A stretch of DNA of 64,000 nt from Octopus bimaculoides (taxonomy: Eukaryota). This document shows, one piece after another, positions 63,793 to 64,000 of the stretch. Location of the stretch: positions 33,715,257 to 33,779,256 of the forward strand of contig NC_069004.1 of the NCBI RefSeq assembly GCF_001194135.2. Reading direction: 5' to 3'. The notes beneath the pieces were generated by a model. It saw nothing but the letters and a program-made list of their open reading frames with translations, did no database searches and was not told the DNA's origin. Every line of letters starts with the position of its first letter. Positions within the stretch are counted from its first letter, which is position 1. The translations under genes and the position numbers were made by a program.

Positions 63793-63900
63793 TTCCGATG
63801 AAGAACAGTTGACCAATGCCTTGGATAGACTCAATGTGCTTTTTGGTTGTGAAATACTGAAGATCATTCCAGGCCGTGTCTCCACAGAAGTTGATGCCAG
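63793..63900 (+). CDS. TALDO1: Transaldolase coding exon 3 ([36 protein letters not shown])
   Basis: Acceptor TTGTAG ending 63792; 108 nt; donor GTAAGT at 63901. Contains the conserved [11 protein letters not shown] motif with Glu105 (human Glu106). The remaining exons, including the Schiff-base Lys, lie beyond the window. Confidence 0.97.
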
Positions 63901-64000
63901 GTAAGTGGCTTCTCCTCTGTTTCCATTTCCATGGATCTCTGCTCTCAACCCTAACCTCTTCCTTCCACATATTCTGCCACCCTTCGTACACCTGTGCAAT

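Overview
Repeat-rich eukaryotic genomic DNA from a gapped draft assembly (about 16 N-runs, most flanked by (TA)n). The dense tRNA-headed SINEs and (TA)/(CA)/(GA) microsatellites point to a coleoid cephalopod, most likely Octopus; this is inferred from repeat content. One protein-coding gene is well supported: the first three coding exons of transaldolase (TALDO1, + strand, 55589-55682, 63233-63356, 63793-63900). The gene runs off the right edge. The rest is SINEs (my own working labels A-F), Tx1/L1 and R4-type LINE remnants, MITEs (pogo/Tigger-, hAT-, mariner-, piggyBac-like and foldback types) and simple repeats. Best leads: (1) a minimal type I hammerhead ribozyme fold at 34272-34317 (-), of the Penelope-element type, inside a short element that also carries a tRNA-type B box, i.e. 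a candidate ribozyme-bearing SINE; (2) a CpG-depleted domain at about 42.2-49.1 kb next to a CpG-rich promoter-like patch at about 49.15-49.77 kb, suggesting an unannotated transcript; (3) inverted repeat pairs that could form dsRNA for ADAR; (4) MITEs and a SINE carrying telomeric TTAGGG repeats. Repeat boundaries were read by eye and are approximate unless TIR/TSD coordinates are given. Nearly all ORFs in the supplied track come from microsatellites or N-gaps.
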